A DNA stretch of 64,000 bases from Flavobacteriales bacterium (GCA_965658995.1 CBFHVI010000011.1:4230-68229), one strand, 5' to 3'. Shown: positions 20,695-29,128, numbered from the stretch's first letter. Notes: generated by a model from the sequence alone, not told the origin. Translations and numbers: made by a program.

Positions 20695-21058
20695 AAAGTG
20701 ACTACAATCTTTAACATAACTACACCTTTACTTTTTCGCCTGTTAAAACATATATCGTTTATCAATAGGGTCACGTTGTCGGATGATTTCTTTGTCGGCC
20801 ATGAGTTGATATTCGGCATTTACTTTTGGATAATCCGAGATCATTTTACTCGTTTCAAATTATTGTTGGAGAGAAAAAAATAATTAAAGAGCTCTTTTAG
20901 GTTAATGACTCTTAAAAGATTGCTTCATTTATACTGTTTACTCTCACTATACTCTGAAGCGCAACTGGAGCTCTTTTTATTATTTTCTTCCTTCTCTAAG
21001 ATTCTGTACCCATCAGTTCAATCTCTCCTCTGTGATTGGAATCGAAAAGAATTCTACC

Positions 21059-21066
21059 TAACTTTG
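21059..21066 (+). promoter_or_regulatory. -7 promoter box TAACTTTG upstream of ccmB
   Basis: Exact TAnnTTTG match 16 nt before ATG 21083. Confidence 0.4.
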
Positions 21067-21082
21067 TCACAAACGAATTGAA

Positions 21083-21751
21083 ATGTTTACCAAACAATTA
21101 GTGAACCTACTAAAGCATGAATTGACACTAGAAATGAAACAAAAGCATTTCATAAGCTCTATAGTGCTCTACATCGTTTCAACCATTTTTGTATGTTCAC
21201 TCTCCTTTACCTCCATCTCAGAAACGAGTATTTGGAATGCTCTTTTTTGGATAATCATTCTATTCTCTTTAACCAATGCCATATCCAAATCTTTTCTTAA
21301 CGAAAATTCTGACAAACAATTATTTCTCTACACCTTAATAAACCCCAGAGTACTTATCGCAAGTAAAATTCTGTATAACTTGGTCCTCTCCATTTTATTG
21401 GTTATTTTGAGCTTTGTTGTGTTTTCTATTTTTATTCAGTCAGACGGATTGACAAACATGAACTACTGGTTGTTTTTTCTTGCTGTGATACTAGGAAGCA
21501 CCAGCCTTTCCTCAACTTTGACTATGGTCAGTGCGATCGCCTCTAAAACAAACAATAACATTGGTATTCTCTCCATCCTTGCCTTTCCGATTCTCATCCC
21601 TTCCATTTTGTTATCTATCCAGTTTTCCAACCTAGCCATCAATGGAGGCAACACCGAAATGGCTGGTCATTTCATCGTTTTTTTATCGTTGATTAACCTG
21701 CTAATAATCATACTTTCTTTTTTATTATTTCCTTACCTTTGGCGAGAATAA
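21083..21751 (+). CDS. ccmB: heme exporter membrane protein CcmB-like
   Basis: Polytopic membrane protein of the expected size, immediately upstream of ccmC, ccmD and ccmE. The call rests mostly on context. Confidence 0.6.
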   Translation: MFTKQLVNLLKHELTLEMKQKHFISSIVLYIVSTIFVCSLSFTSISETSIWNALFWIIILFSLTNAISKSFLNENSDKQLFLYTLINPRVLIASKILYNLVLSILLVILSFVVFSIFIQSDGLTNMNYWLFFLAVILGSTSLSSTLTMVSAIASKTNNNIGILSILAFPILIPSILLSIQFSNLAINGGNTEMAGHFIVFLSLINLLIIILSFLLFPYLWRE

Positions 21752-21766
21752 GAGATTTTTTTTACT

Positions 21767-22822
21767 ATGAAAACAGTTAAAAAACATTGGTGGAAGGCTT
21801 TATCAGTAATTCTATTGGTGTACACCTTTGGTTTTTCGTTTTTGGTTCCTCTTTCTCCTTCCATCAAGTCGGCTACTCCTAACTCTCTTGAAATTGGAGA
21901 AAACAAGGTGATATTAACTGGCTACAATACCGGATTTTCGGAAGATGAACCTATTCATGTTTCAATCGAATATGACAAGCAAACCCTTCTTTGTGGAACA
22001 GCTATTTCTGTCTTGAATAAAAATCAAATAGAAGCTAGTTTTACTTTACCTGATTCACTTCCTTCCAAAGTACTTCATCTTCGACTTCATACTACTCGTT
22101 TTTCTTGTTTCTCTCCAGAACTGATAAAAGCTTTCTCTATTATTGAGGCTCCCGCCAATGAAGTACAATGTTCGTCCCCTACACTTGCTAGTTCAATTCC
22201 TTTGGATATTCCAAATAGACTACAACTAAACGAAACCATAAGAAACCTCATGTTTCATGTACCGATGTGGTTTACAATGATGGTGATTCTTTCAATTTCC
22301 TTTTGGTATTCGATTAAATACCTCTATACATTTGACTTGCGTTATGATAGAATTGCCAGAGAGGCCGTAAACATTGGATTATTATTTGCCGCCTTAGGGA
22401 TAGTTACTGGTTCTATTTGGGCAAAATTCACCTGGAGCGAGCACACAGATTTATTTACCACATCGGGGTGGTGGGTAAATGATGTAAAACTCAATGGAGC
22501 CGCCATTACCACCTTAATTTATTTGGCTTACAGAATTTTGAGAAACTCCCTGCAAGAAACCAATCAAAAAGCAAAAGTAAGTGCCGTCTATAACATTTTC
22601 GCCTTTGTATTAATGCTGGTATTTATTATGATTTTACCTCGAATTACAGATTCATTACATCCTGGCAATGGAGGGAATCCTGCCTTTGCAAAGTATGATC
22701 TTGACAGCACCTTAAGGAAAGTATTCTATCCTGCTGTTGTGGGTTGGATACTCCTCGGAATTTGGATGCTCTCACTCAAAAAAAGAATTTCAACCCTTGA
22801 AAACAACCTAGAAGATGAATAA
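21767..22822 (+). CDS. ccmC: heme-handling protein CcmC with a long N-terminal extension
   Basis: Conserved His in NLMFHVPMWF; Trp-rich WAKFTW...GWWVNDVKL (WWD-like); second His in SLHPGNG. About 100 or more extra N-terminal residues. Confidence 0.75.
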   Translation: MKTVKKHWWKALSVILLVYTFGFSFLVPLSPSIKSATPNSLEIGENKVILTGYNTGFSEDEPIHVSIEYDKQTLLCGTAISVLNKNQIEASFTLPDSLPSKVLHLRLHTTRFSCFSPELIKAFSIIEAPANEVQCSSPTLASSIPLDIPNRLQLNETIRNLMFHVPMWFTMMVILSISFWYSIKYLYTFDLRYDRIAREAVNIGLLFAALGIVTGSIWAKFTWSEHTDLFTTSGWWVNDVKLNGAAITTLIYLAYRILRNSLQETNQKAKVSAVYNIFAFVLMLVFIMILPRITDSLHPGNGGNPAFAKYDLDSTLRKVFYPAVVGWILLGIWMLSLKKRISTLENNLEDE

Positions 22823-23030
22823 AAAAATCGTTTTTTTACTCTTAGCATTTATTGCTTTTTTTTACAACGCGAGCCTAGCCAAAGGTAATTTGGTGGAACA
22901 AACTTTTCACGAATCGGGAAAAATAAACGTGGTGGTTGCCATCGTACTTATAATATTTATCGGTTTAATTTTTTATTTGATAAAATTGGATAGAAAAATT
23001 TCCGAAATAGAAAAAGAAACGAAAAAATAA
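22815..23030 (+). CDS. CcmD-like small membrane protein
   Basis: 71 aa with a single central TM. 8-nt overlap with ccmC, and it sits between ccmC and ccmE. Confidence 0.5.
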   Translation: MNKKIVFLLLAFIAFFYNASLAKGNLVEQTFHESGKINVVVAIVLIIFIGLIFYLIKLDRKISEIEKETKK

Positions 23031-23059
23031 AATAGGTAACTTTAAGTAAAATTTGCATC

Positions 23060-23431
23060 ATGAGAAAAGTCGAAATTGCACTAATAATTGTTGTAGCTGT
23101 AATAATAGGAATTATATTTAGCTACTCCTCGCAGGCAAGTCGCTATGGTAACTTTACGCAAGCGTTTGCAGAAGAAGGCAAAACCTTTAAGGTAATTGGC
23201 ACTCTCAACAAAGATATTCCAGTAGAAACTCCTCAGGCCAACTTGGTTATTTTCAATATGATTGACCAAAACGGAAAAGAATGTAAAGTGTATCTCAACG
23301 AAACGGTACAAGAACATTTTGATAGGTCGGATCAAGTAGTTATCACAGGAACTGCCGATAGCGAAAAAAACGCATTCTTTGCCACGGAACACCAGGCCAA
23401 ATGCCCTTCAAAATACAATGACGAAAAGTAA
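23060..23431 (+). CDS. ccmE: cytochrome c maturation heme chaperone CcmE, CxxxY variant
   Basis: N-terminal TM anchor, OB-fold-sized domain, and C-terminal AKCPSKY where canonical CcmE has HxxxY. Confidence 0.75.
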   Translation: MRKVEIALIIVVAVIIGIIFSYSSQASRYGNFTQAFAEEGKTFKVIGTLNKDIPVETPQANLVIFNMIDQNGKECKVYLNETVQEHFDRSDQVVITGTADSEKNAFFATEHQAKCPSKYNDEK

Positions 23432-23437
23432 TCGACT

Positions 23438-23836
23438 CTACTGACAGTCTTCACACACTCCCTTGGCATGAACCTCAAAAGAATCGATAAGATGCTTGCT
23501 CTTGTTGATAAAAGAATCTGCCGGTAAATCAACGCAGTAAACCGAATTACATTGGGTGCATTGAAGATGAAGATGATTGTGAATATGATTGTCCTGCTGA
23601 CAAGTATCCTCGCACATCGCATACCGCAAATCCTCGCCTGCAATGGAAATTGTATGAATAATACCCGTTTCCAGAAACGTTTTGATTGTGCGATATAAGG
23701 TAACCCGATTATACTCCCCCAGCCTATTTTCTATATCCGAAATGGAGACAGCTGAAGAAGAATAACTGATAATTTCCAATACCGACTTCCTAAAAGGAGT
23801 CTGGCTGATATTTTTTCTTTTTAAGATTGATTTCAT
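23438..23836 (-). CDS. Fur family transcriptional repressor (metal specificity unknown)
   Basis: Winged-helix N-terminus (RVTLYRTIKTF), HIHNHLHLQCTQC and C-terminal CEDC structural-site motifs. Confidence 0.8.
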   Translation of the reverse strand: MKSILKRKNISQTPFRKSVLEIISYSSSAVSISDIENRLGEYNRVTLYRTIKTFLETGIIHTISIAGEDLRYAMCEDTCQQDNHIHNHLHLQCTQCNSVYCVDLPADSFINKSKHLIDSFEVHAKGVCEDCQ

Positions 23837-23850
23837 GTTCCTGAGAAAAA

Positions 23851-23873
23851 TATTTGCAACATGGTTACAAATA
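23851..23873. promoter_or_regulatory. palindromic operator candidate 1
   Basis: TATTTGCAAC-ATG-GTTACAAATA: 10-bp arms with one mismatch, in the fur/receptor divergent intergenic region. Confidence 0.5.
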
Positions 23874-23888
23874 ATTTATTAACTCCTT

Positions 23889-23913
23889 ATATTTGCATCA
23901 CAGTTGCAAATAT
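23889..23913. promoter_or_regulatory. palindromic operator candidate 2, overlapping -7 boxes on both strands
   Basis: ATATTTGCATC-ACA-GTTGCAAATAT has the same half-site as box 1. It overlaps TATATTTG (23888-23895, + strand) and its mirror on the - strand. It ends 1 nt before ATG 23914. Confidence 0.5.
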
Positions 23914-26163
23914 ATGAAGTTTTATTTTATCTTACTTATTTTACTATTCATCAGTTTCGCCAAACTCTATTCTCAAGAATACCAAGGAATAGTAATAGAC
24001 AAAGATAATGGCTTACCCGTACCGTTTGCCTCTATTTGGATTGTAGACCTAAATACAGGCGTTTCTTGCAACAGCCAAGGAAGGTTTCTCTTAGACTTTT
24101 CGCTCCCACAAACCATGCATATCAAAGTATCGGCAGTGGGTTACACCAGTGCAATTAGTTCTATTTCACAAAATGACACCAACCAGATTGTACTAGTTCT
24201 TTCTCCTTCTCACATTGAATTACAAGAGATGGAAATATCCACCACAACGGGAATTCTTCAAAACTACTCCATCACTAATGTAGAGTCCAAAACTCTGGAA
24301 GAACTCACAACTATCAATACAACCACTCTCGGTCAATCCTTAGGAAATATTTCTGGAGTTTACAGCAATTCTACTGGAAATGGAATCAACAAACCAGTAA
24401 TACGTGGAATGAGCGGCATGAGAGTAAGTACCTACCTCAACGGACTTAAAATAGAAAATCAACAATGGGGTGGTGATCACGGAATTGGCGTAGATGCGCT
24501 AGGAATAGAAAAAGTAGAAGTGATAAAAGGAGCGTCCTCTCTCCTCTATGGGTCTGATGCTTTGGGTGGAGTGATTTACCTACACGAAGAAGAATATGCG
24601 GAATCTAATATGTTTGAGGCTGGAATAAATTCTCAATTCGAGGTAAACTCAATGGGATTTACGAATGGATTTCACATGAAAATCGCCAAAAAAAACATTC
24701 GATTCAACTTATTTGGGAACCAAACCTCGCAAGCAGATTATCAAGTTCCAAATGGAAATTTTGTGTTTAATTCGAGATTTAAAGGACAAGGTATTAAAGC
24801 TGCACTAGGCATGAATAAGAAAAATTGGGTGAGTAATATTCGGTACACCTTCGTTTCCAATGAACTCGGAATACCGGGACATACGCATGACTCAGTACCG
24901 AGTAAAGAAGATTTATTCAAACCTAATGCTTCGAGAAAAAAAACACTCCCACTTCAAGTAAATTTCTCTCACTTTTTGAGTACTGATAATAAATTATACT
25001 TCAATAAAAGTGAATTAAAATTCACTTTGGGATTAGTTTCTAACAACCTAGAAGAATTTGATGAAAAAGTGACTATTCCTGGAATTGCTATGAAACTCAA
25101 TACTTTTTCGTTCAACGGACTATGGAGCATTACCTCTTGGAAAAAACACAAGATATTGATAGGAGCACAAGGAAACATTCAGACCAACAAGAATAATGAA
25201 AAAGCGGAAGAGATTTTACTTCAGGACTTACAATCAAATTCTACTGGAGTGTTTGGAATGATTCATTCAAAATGGAATCAACAGCTGGAAACTCAATTTG
25301 GAATTCGAGCCGACAGAAATGAGTTTGAGATAGCCTCAAATTCTATACAAAATCCTGGACTCACCCTTAATTATCAAAGTTTAACTTACTCGGCAGGTTT
25401 GAGCTACAAAAAAAACAAACATGCTTACAGAATAAATATTTCTTCGGGATACAGGCCGCCACATCCGATCGAGAGTCTTGCTAATGGTGTTCATCACTCT
25501 TCACGAAGGTTTGAGATTGGCTCGCTTTCGCTCCAACCCGAATTTGCCAACCAACTAGACCTATCTTATGAATTTAACAACGAACATATAGGACTGTTAC
25601 TCAATCCTTACGTTTCAGTTATTCAACACTATGTTTACCTCAACTATACTGACTCACTCATCGATAATTACCCGGTAGTGAACTACGCTCAAAATGAGCT
25701 TACCTACTTTTTTGGAGGAGAGGTGACCTTGCATTATCACCCGCACTTTTTACACAATTTACACATAGAAACTCATTACACTTATTTATTTGCCGAGGAT
25801 GGCCAAGGAAAAGCAATCTCTCAAATTCCTCAACCCAGACTGATGGGATTACTTACCTATGACATCGAGTCTAAGTCCAAATTAATCCCTTCTTCACTTG
25901 CACTTCAAGGGACCCTTTTTGGAAGGCAGCAAAGGGTAATTGAAAATGAAATATACTCTGATCAATACAGTTTATTAGACCTTGGAGCAAGCTGGAAAAT
26001 CGTAAGTGCGAAACTAAAAGGTCACTTAAAAATAGGTGCGAGAAATATTACTAACACGAATTATATCAATCATTTATCAGAATTAAAACCTCTGGGCATT
26101 CAGAACCCAGGAAGGAACTTTTATATCAGTTTTAACCTCAAAATAAATCAAAAAACAACCTAA
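23914..26163 (+). CDS. TonB-dependent receptor with an N-terminal carboxypeptidase-regulatory-like domain
   Basis: Signal peptide; CarboxypepD_reg-like IVIDKDNGLPVPFASIWI; plug motifs (PVIRGMSG, GASSLLYGSDALGGVI); long beta-barrel. ATG 23914 is preferred over TTG 23893. Confidence 0.85.
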   Translation: MKFYFILLILLFISFAKLYSQEYQGIVIDKDNGLPVPFASIWIVDLNTGVSCNSQGRFLLDFSLPQTMHIKVSAVGYTSAISSISQNDTNQIVLVLSPSHIELQEMEISTTTGILQNYSITNVESKTLEELTTINTTTLGQSLGNISGVYSNSTGNGINKPVIRGMSGMRVSTYLNGLKIENQQWGGDHGIGVDALGIEKVEVIKGASSLLYGSDALGGVIYLHEEEYAESNMFEAGINSQFEVNSMGFTNGFHMKIAKKNIRFNLFGNQTSQADYQVPNGNFVFNSRFKGQGIKAALGMNKKNWVSNIRYTFVSNELGIPGHTHDSVPSKEDLFKPNASRKKTLPLQVNFSHFLSTDNKLYFNKSELKFTLGLVSNNLEEFDEKVTIPGIAMKLNTFSFNGLWSITSWKKHKILIGAQGNIQTNKNNEKAEEILLQDLQSNSTGVFGMIHSKWNQQLETQFGIRADRNEFEIASNSIQNPGLTLNYQSLTYSAGLSYKKNKHAYRINISSGYRPPHPIESLANGVHHSSRRFEIGSLSLQPEFANQLDLSYEFNNEHIGLLLNPYVSVIQHYVYLNYTDSLIDNYPVVNYAQNELTYFFGGEVTLHYHPHFLHNLHIETHYTYLFAEDGQGKAISQIPQPRLMGLLTYDIESKSKLIPSSLALQGTLFGRQQRVIENEIYSDQYSLLDLGASWKIVSAKLKGHLKIGARNITNTNYINHLSELKPLGIQNPGRNFYISFNLKINQKTT

Positions 26164-26164
26164 C

Positions 26165-26377
26165 ATGAAAAAAATAATCAACACCACCATTATCCTTACA
26201 GGACTTTCTATCTTTTCAGTTTCTTGCAACAAATCCGAATGCCATGAATGCCACTATGACAAAGACGGTGCAGAAGTAGAATTAGGTGAAAAATGTGACT
26301 CGGACCTAGAAACATTAGAAGCAGAAGGAATTGATGTAAATGGAGTAAACTACGAAGTGCATTGTCACGAACATTAA
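26165..26377 (+). CDS. 70-aa Cys/His-rich lipoprotein (CHECH ... HCHEH)
   Basis: Signal peptide plus lipobox SVSC. The mature ~50 aa carries SECHECH (a CXXCH match), EKCD and C-terminal EVHCHEH. The start is 1 nt after the receptor stop. Confidence 0.55.
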   Translation: MKKIINTTIILTGLSIFSVSCNKSECHECHYDKDGAEVELGEKCDSDLETLEAEGIDVNGVNYEVHCHEH

Positions 26378-26382
26378 TTTAT

Positions 26383-26390
26383 TAACTTTG
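26383..26390 (+). promoter_or_regulatory. -7 promoter box TAACTTTG
   Basis: Exact TAnnTTTG match 23 nt before ATG 26414. Confidence 0.3.
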
Positions 26391-26413
26391 GTAACTCAAC
26401 TAATCACCAAAGT

Positions 26414-27283
26414 ATGAATTTATCTCAAAGCAAAAGATCCCTCTTCGCCTTCGCTCTATCCTGTTGTTTTCTCTCTGGATTTTCAGCCACTTCACCCTCA
26501 AAGAAAGTCACGAAGAAAAATCTTTGTGACACTTGGTTTGTCGGACAAGCTTGGGAAATAAGACAAAACGGAGACAAAAAAGACCAATCGAAGAAAGCGA
26601 AAGGGTCTTCCTTTGTGTTTACTCTAGACAATACATTTCTGCTCAAAGATCGAGCAAAGTCTATTCCTGATACCCAAGAAGGAAGGTTTTCTATCTTTTC
26701 AAAAGACTCTATACTTCTCGTTTTTGGAAGCCAAAAAATGATGTTTCAGGTATCATTTCCCTCAAAAGACAGCATGACTCTTTCTGGAAACACCTATGGA
26801 CGAAACTTATTCATAGGGCTTTCGAGAGATTCCATTGCGCCTTACCAAAGGACTGAAAAAGAATCAAGAAGAATGTATGAAGAAGAAATTGTATCCGAAT
26901 ACTATGACAACCCCAAGATTGACCAAGAAATTGAAATCGTAGAGGAAACGATTGAAGAGGTGGTAGAAGAAACGTATGAAATTCCAAGAAAAGAGCCCGA
27001 ATACATAACACGTGAAAGAGAAAAGAATATAGCAGAAATGAAACTAATTGGACAATGGAAGATAGAAGATTCTAAGAAGCCATTTTTCACACTAAGCTAC
27101 AATCATTTCAGTATTTCGAACCAAGGTGAATTTGAATTATATGGATCTTGGACCCTTTTAAATAATCTCATTAAGATTACAAACAACAAAGGTACTTATA
27201 GCTATAAAATTTTGTACCAAACGAGAACAAGAATCGAAATATCGGACTTGCAAAAGACGAAAGTAATTGTTTTAGTAAAATAG
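26414..27283 (+). CDS. hypothetical secreted protein or lipoprotein with two lipocalin-like halves and an acidic linker
   Basis: Signal-like N-terminus (ALSCCFLSG). Central EIEIVEETIEEVVEETYE acidic tract. No recognised catalytic motif. Confidence 0.5.
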   Translation: MNLSQSKRSLFAFALSCCFLSGFSATSPSKKVTKKNLCDTWFVGQAWEIRQNGDKKDQSKKAKGSSFVFTLDNTFLLKDRAKSIPDTQEGRFSIFSKDSILLVFGSQKMMFQVSFPSKDSMTLSGNTYGRNLFIGLSRDSIAPYQRTEKESRRMYEEEIVSEYYDNPKIDQEIEIVEETIEEVVEETYEIPRKEPEYITREREKNIAEMKLIGQWKIEDSKKPFFTLSYNHFSISNQGEFELYGSWTLLNNLIKITNNKGTYSYKILYQTRTRIEISDLQKTKVIVLVK

Positions 27284-27304
27284 AAACTCTCAAATTATAA
27301 TAGA

Positions 27305-29128
27305 ATGAATAACTTCTCGAAACTAATTGTTTTTCTTTTCCTTATAAGTAAGTGGGCCCTTACGCAGTCACCCTCACTAGTAAAGAATATCCATCCCAGT
27401 TTCGCAACGTCTAGCTATCCACAAAACCTCGCTCCTTTGAATGGAATCCTTTATTTTTCAGCAGATAACGGAACCCATGGTTTTGAGTTATGGAAAACTG
27501 ACGGAACTACTTCTGGGACAGTTCAGGTTAAAGACCTTACGCCAGGAGTTTTAGGCACTGATAATTTAAGAGATTTTACAACAACCATTTCACAGTTATT
27601 TTTCACTTGTAGGACGGGAACAGAGCTTTGGGTTAGCAATGGAAATGCAACGGGAACAGATACATTAATAACCTTTCCTGATATTGGAACCATTCAGAAC
27701 AACAGCCTATTCCCTTTGGATAACTCGCTATTATTCGTCACTCAAGACTTTTCATCAGGTCATTTAAGTTTGTGGAAAAGTAACGGAACAGTTGCATCCA
27801 CAGTAAAACTAAAAACATTTAGTAGTGGTGGGAACTCAATTCACTTTTCGACTTTCAAATACTATAACAATGAAGTATATTTTGTGGCCAATGATGGAGT
27901 AACTGGCCAAGAAGTTTGGAAAACTGACGGGACTGCTACCGGCACAGTAATTCTGAAAGATATTAACTCTGGAATGAATGACGGAACACCGTGGCCAGAT
28001 TCGCCATTTTTTAATTTGATAAATGGTGAATTATTCTTTATCGGGAATGATGGGGTATCTGGAAATGAGCTATGGAAAACAGACGGCACCTCATTGGGAA
28101 CGACACTTGTAAAAGACATAAAAGCGGGAGCCGGGAGCTCGAACATAACCTCACCTATCTGTGTCGGAAAAAATCTATATTTCCATGTATTTATTAATGG
28201 AAAAACAGCACTTTGGAAATCCGATGGAACAAACACTGGAACTATTAAAATAATTGATTTATCGCGGAATGATTTTATGATTGCGCTAGATTCCAATACC
28301 CTCATATTTAACCAAGACAACACATCCCCTATTAATTATGGACGAGAACTCTGGAAAACAAAAGGAACTCCTGCTAGTACTGTCTTACTAAAAGATATCA
28401 ATCCAGGAAATGCACATGGATTGCCTACAAATCATTTCAAGGGTTTAGTCATTGATTCTATTCTCTACTTTAATGGGCAAGAAACAATTCATGGACTAGA
28501 ATTATGGCGGTCAGATGGAACAGACACAGGAACTTATTTGGTAAAGGACTTAAATCCAGGGACTGGAGACGGCTTTTTGAATAACTCCAAATTCTTATTC
28601 GATGGCAACGGAAACTTATTTTTTGATGCTATCTCGAGAGGAGGAGGTTCTTCCACCGAGCTTTGGCAAAGCAATGGAACAGACACGGGTACAATAAGGC
28701 TGGATGTTGATACGAATGGTGGCGGCTCCATTCCTTTGCAACTTACATTAATAGACACAACCCTATTTTTTACCGCCAACGATGGCTTCACAGGAGTTGA
28801 GTTATATTCCACAATTGCAGATTCCATAAAAAAGAAAGTGATTGTTTCTGGTCCTCCGTCATTTATCTCTGAAACAAATCTCTCTAAAACTTTCGATATT
28901 TACCCGAATCCAACTACAGGGACTTTCTATTTGATTAAGGACAATACGCTGCACCTTGGCGCCCTCAACATGAAAATCACAAGCATTGAAGGTAAAATAA
29001 TGACGAAAAAAACAGAGTTAAATTATTCCACAGAATTTAATATTTCAGACTACCCCAAAGGGATTTATCTTATCATCATAACAGATAACAAAGGTGGCAT
29101 CTTCCGAAAAAAACTAGTTAAACACTAA
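27305..29128 (+). CDS. ELWxxDG-repeat protein with a T9SS C-terminal sorting domain
   Basis: At least nine (E/A/S)(L/V)W(K/R/Q/V)(T/S)(D/N/K)G repeats. C-terminal FDIYPNPTTGTFYL...GIYLIIITDNKG type A sorting domain. Confidence 0.8.
   Translation: MNNFSKLIVFLFLISKWALTQSPSLVKNIHPSFATSSYPQNLAPLNGILYFSADNGTHGFELWKTDGTTSGTVQVKDLTPGVLGTDNLRDFTTTISQLFFTCRTGTELWVSNGNATGTDTLITFPDIGTIQNNSLFPLDNSLLFVTQDFSSGHLSLWKSNGTVASTVKLKTFSSGGNSIHFSTFKYYNNEVYFVANDGVTGQEVWKTDGTATGTVILKDINSGMNDGTPWPDSPFFNLINGELFFIGNDGVSGNELWKTDGTSLGTTLVKDIKAGAGSSNITSPICVGKNLYFHVFINGKTALWKSDGTNTGTIKIIDLSRNDFMIALDSNTLIFNQDNTSPINYGRELWKTKGTPASTVLLKDINPGNAHGLPTNHFKGLVIDSILYFNGQETIHGLELWRSDGTDTGTYLVKDLNPGTGDGFLNNSKFLFDGNGNLFFDAISRGGGSSTELWQSNGTDTGTIRLDVDTNGGGSIPLQLTLIDTTLFFTANDGFTGVELYSTIADSIKKKVIVSGPPSFISETNLSKTFDIYPNPTTGTFYLIKDNTLHLGALNMKITSIEGKIMTKKTELNYSTEFNISDYPKGIYLIIITDNKGGIFRKKLVKH

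Noticed and set aside
20607-20883. Two ORF-track entries (70 aa on the minus strand, 61 aa on the plus strand) downstream of the GT2 gene.
   Set aside because: They overlap each other and the 3' end of the GT2 gene. Neither has a recognisable motif, signal peptide or promoter box, so both are probably chance ORFs in AT-rich DNA. The shorter 33-codon ORF is reported separately, only as a low-interest item.
20695-21082. Decayed ccmA (ABC ATPase) pseudogene upstream of ccmB.
   Set aside because: The gap is too short for an ATPase. Reading the frames by eye, stops are frequent and no Walker A-like remnant is visible.
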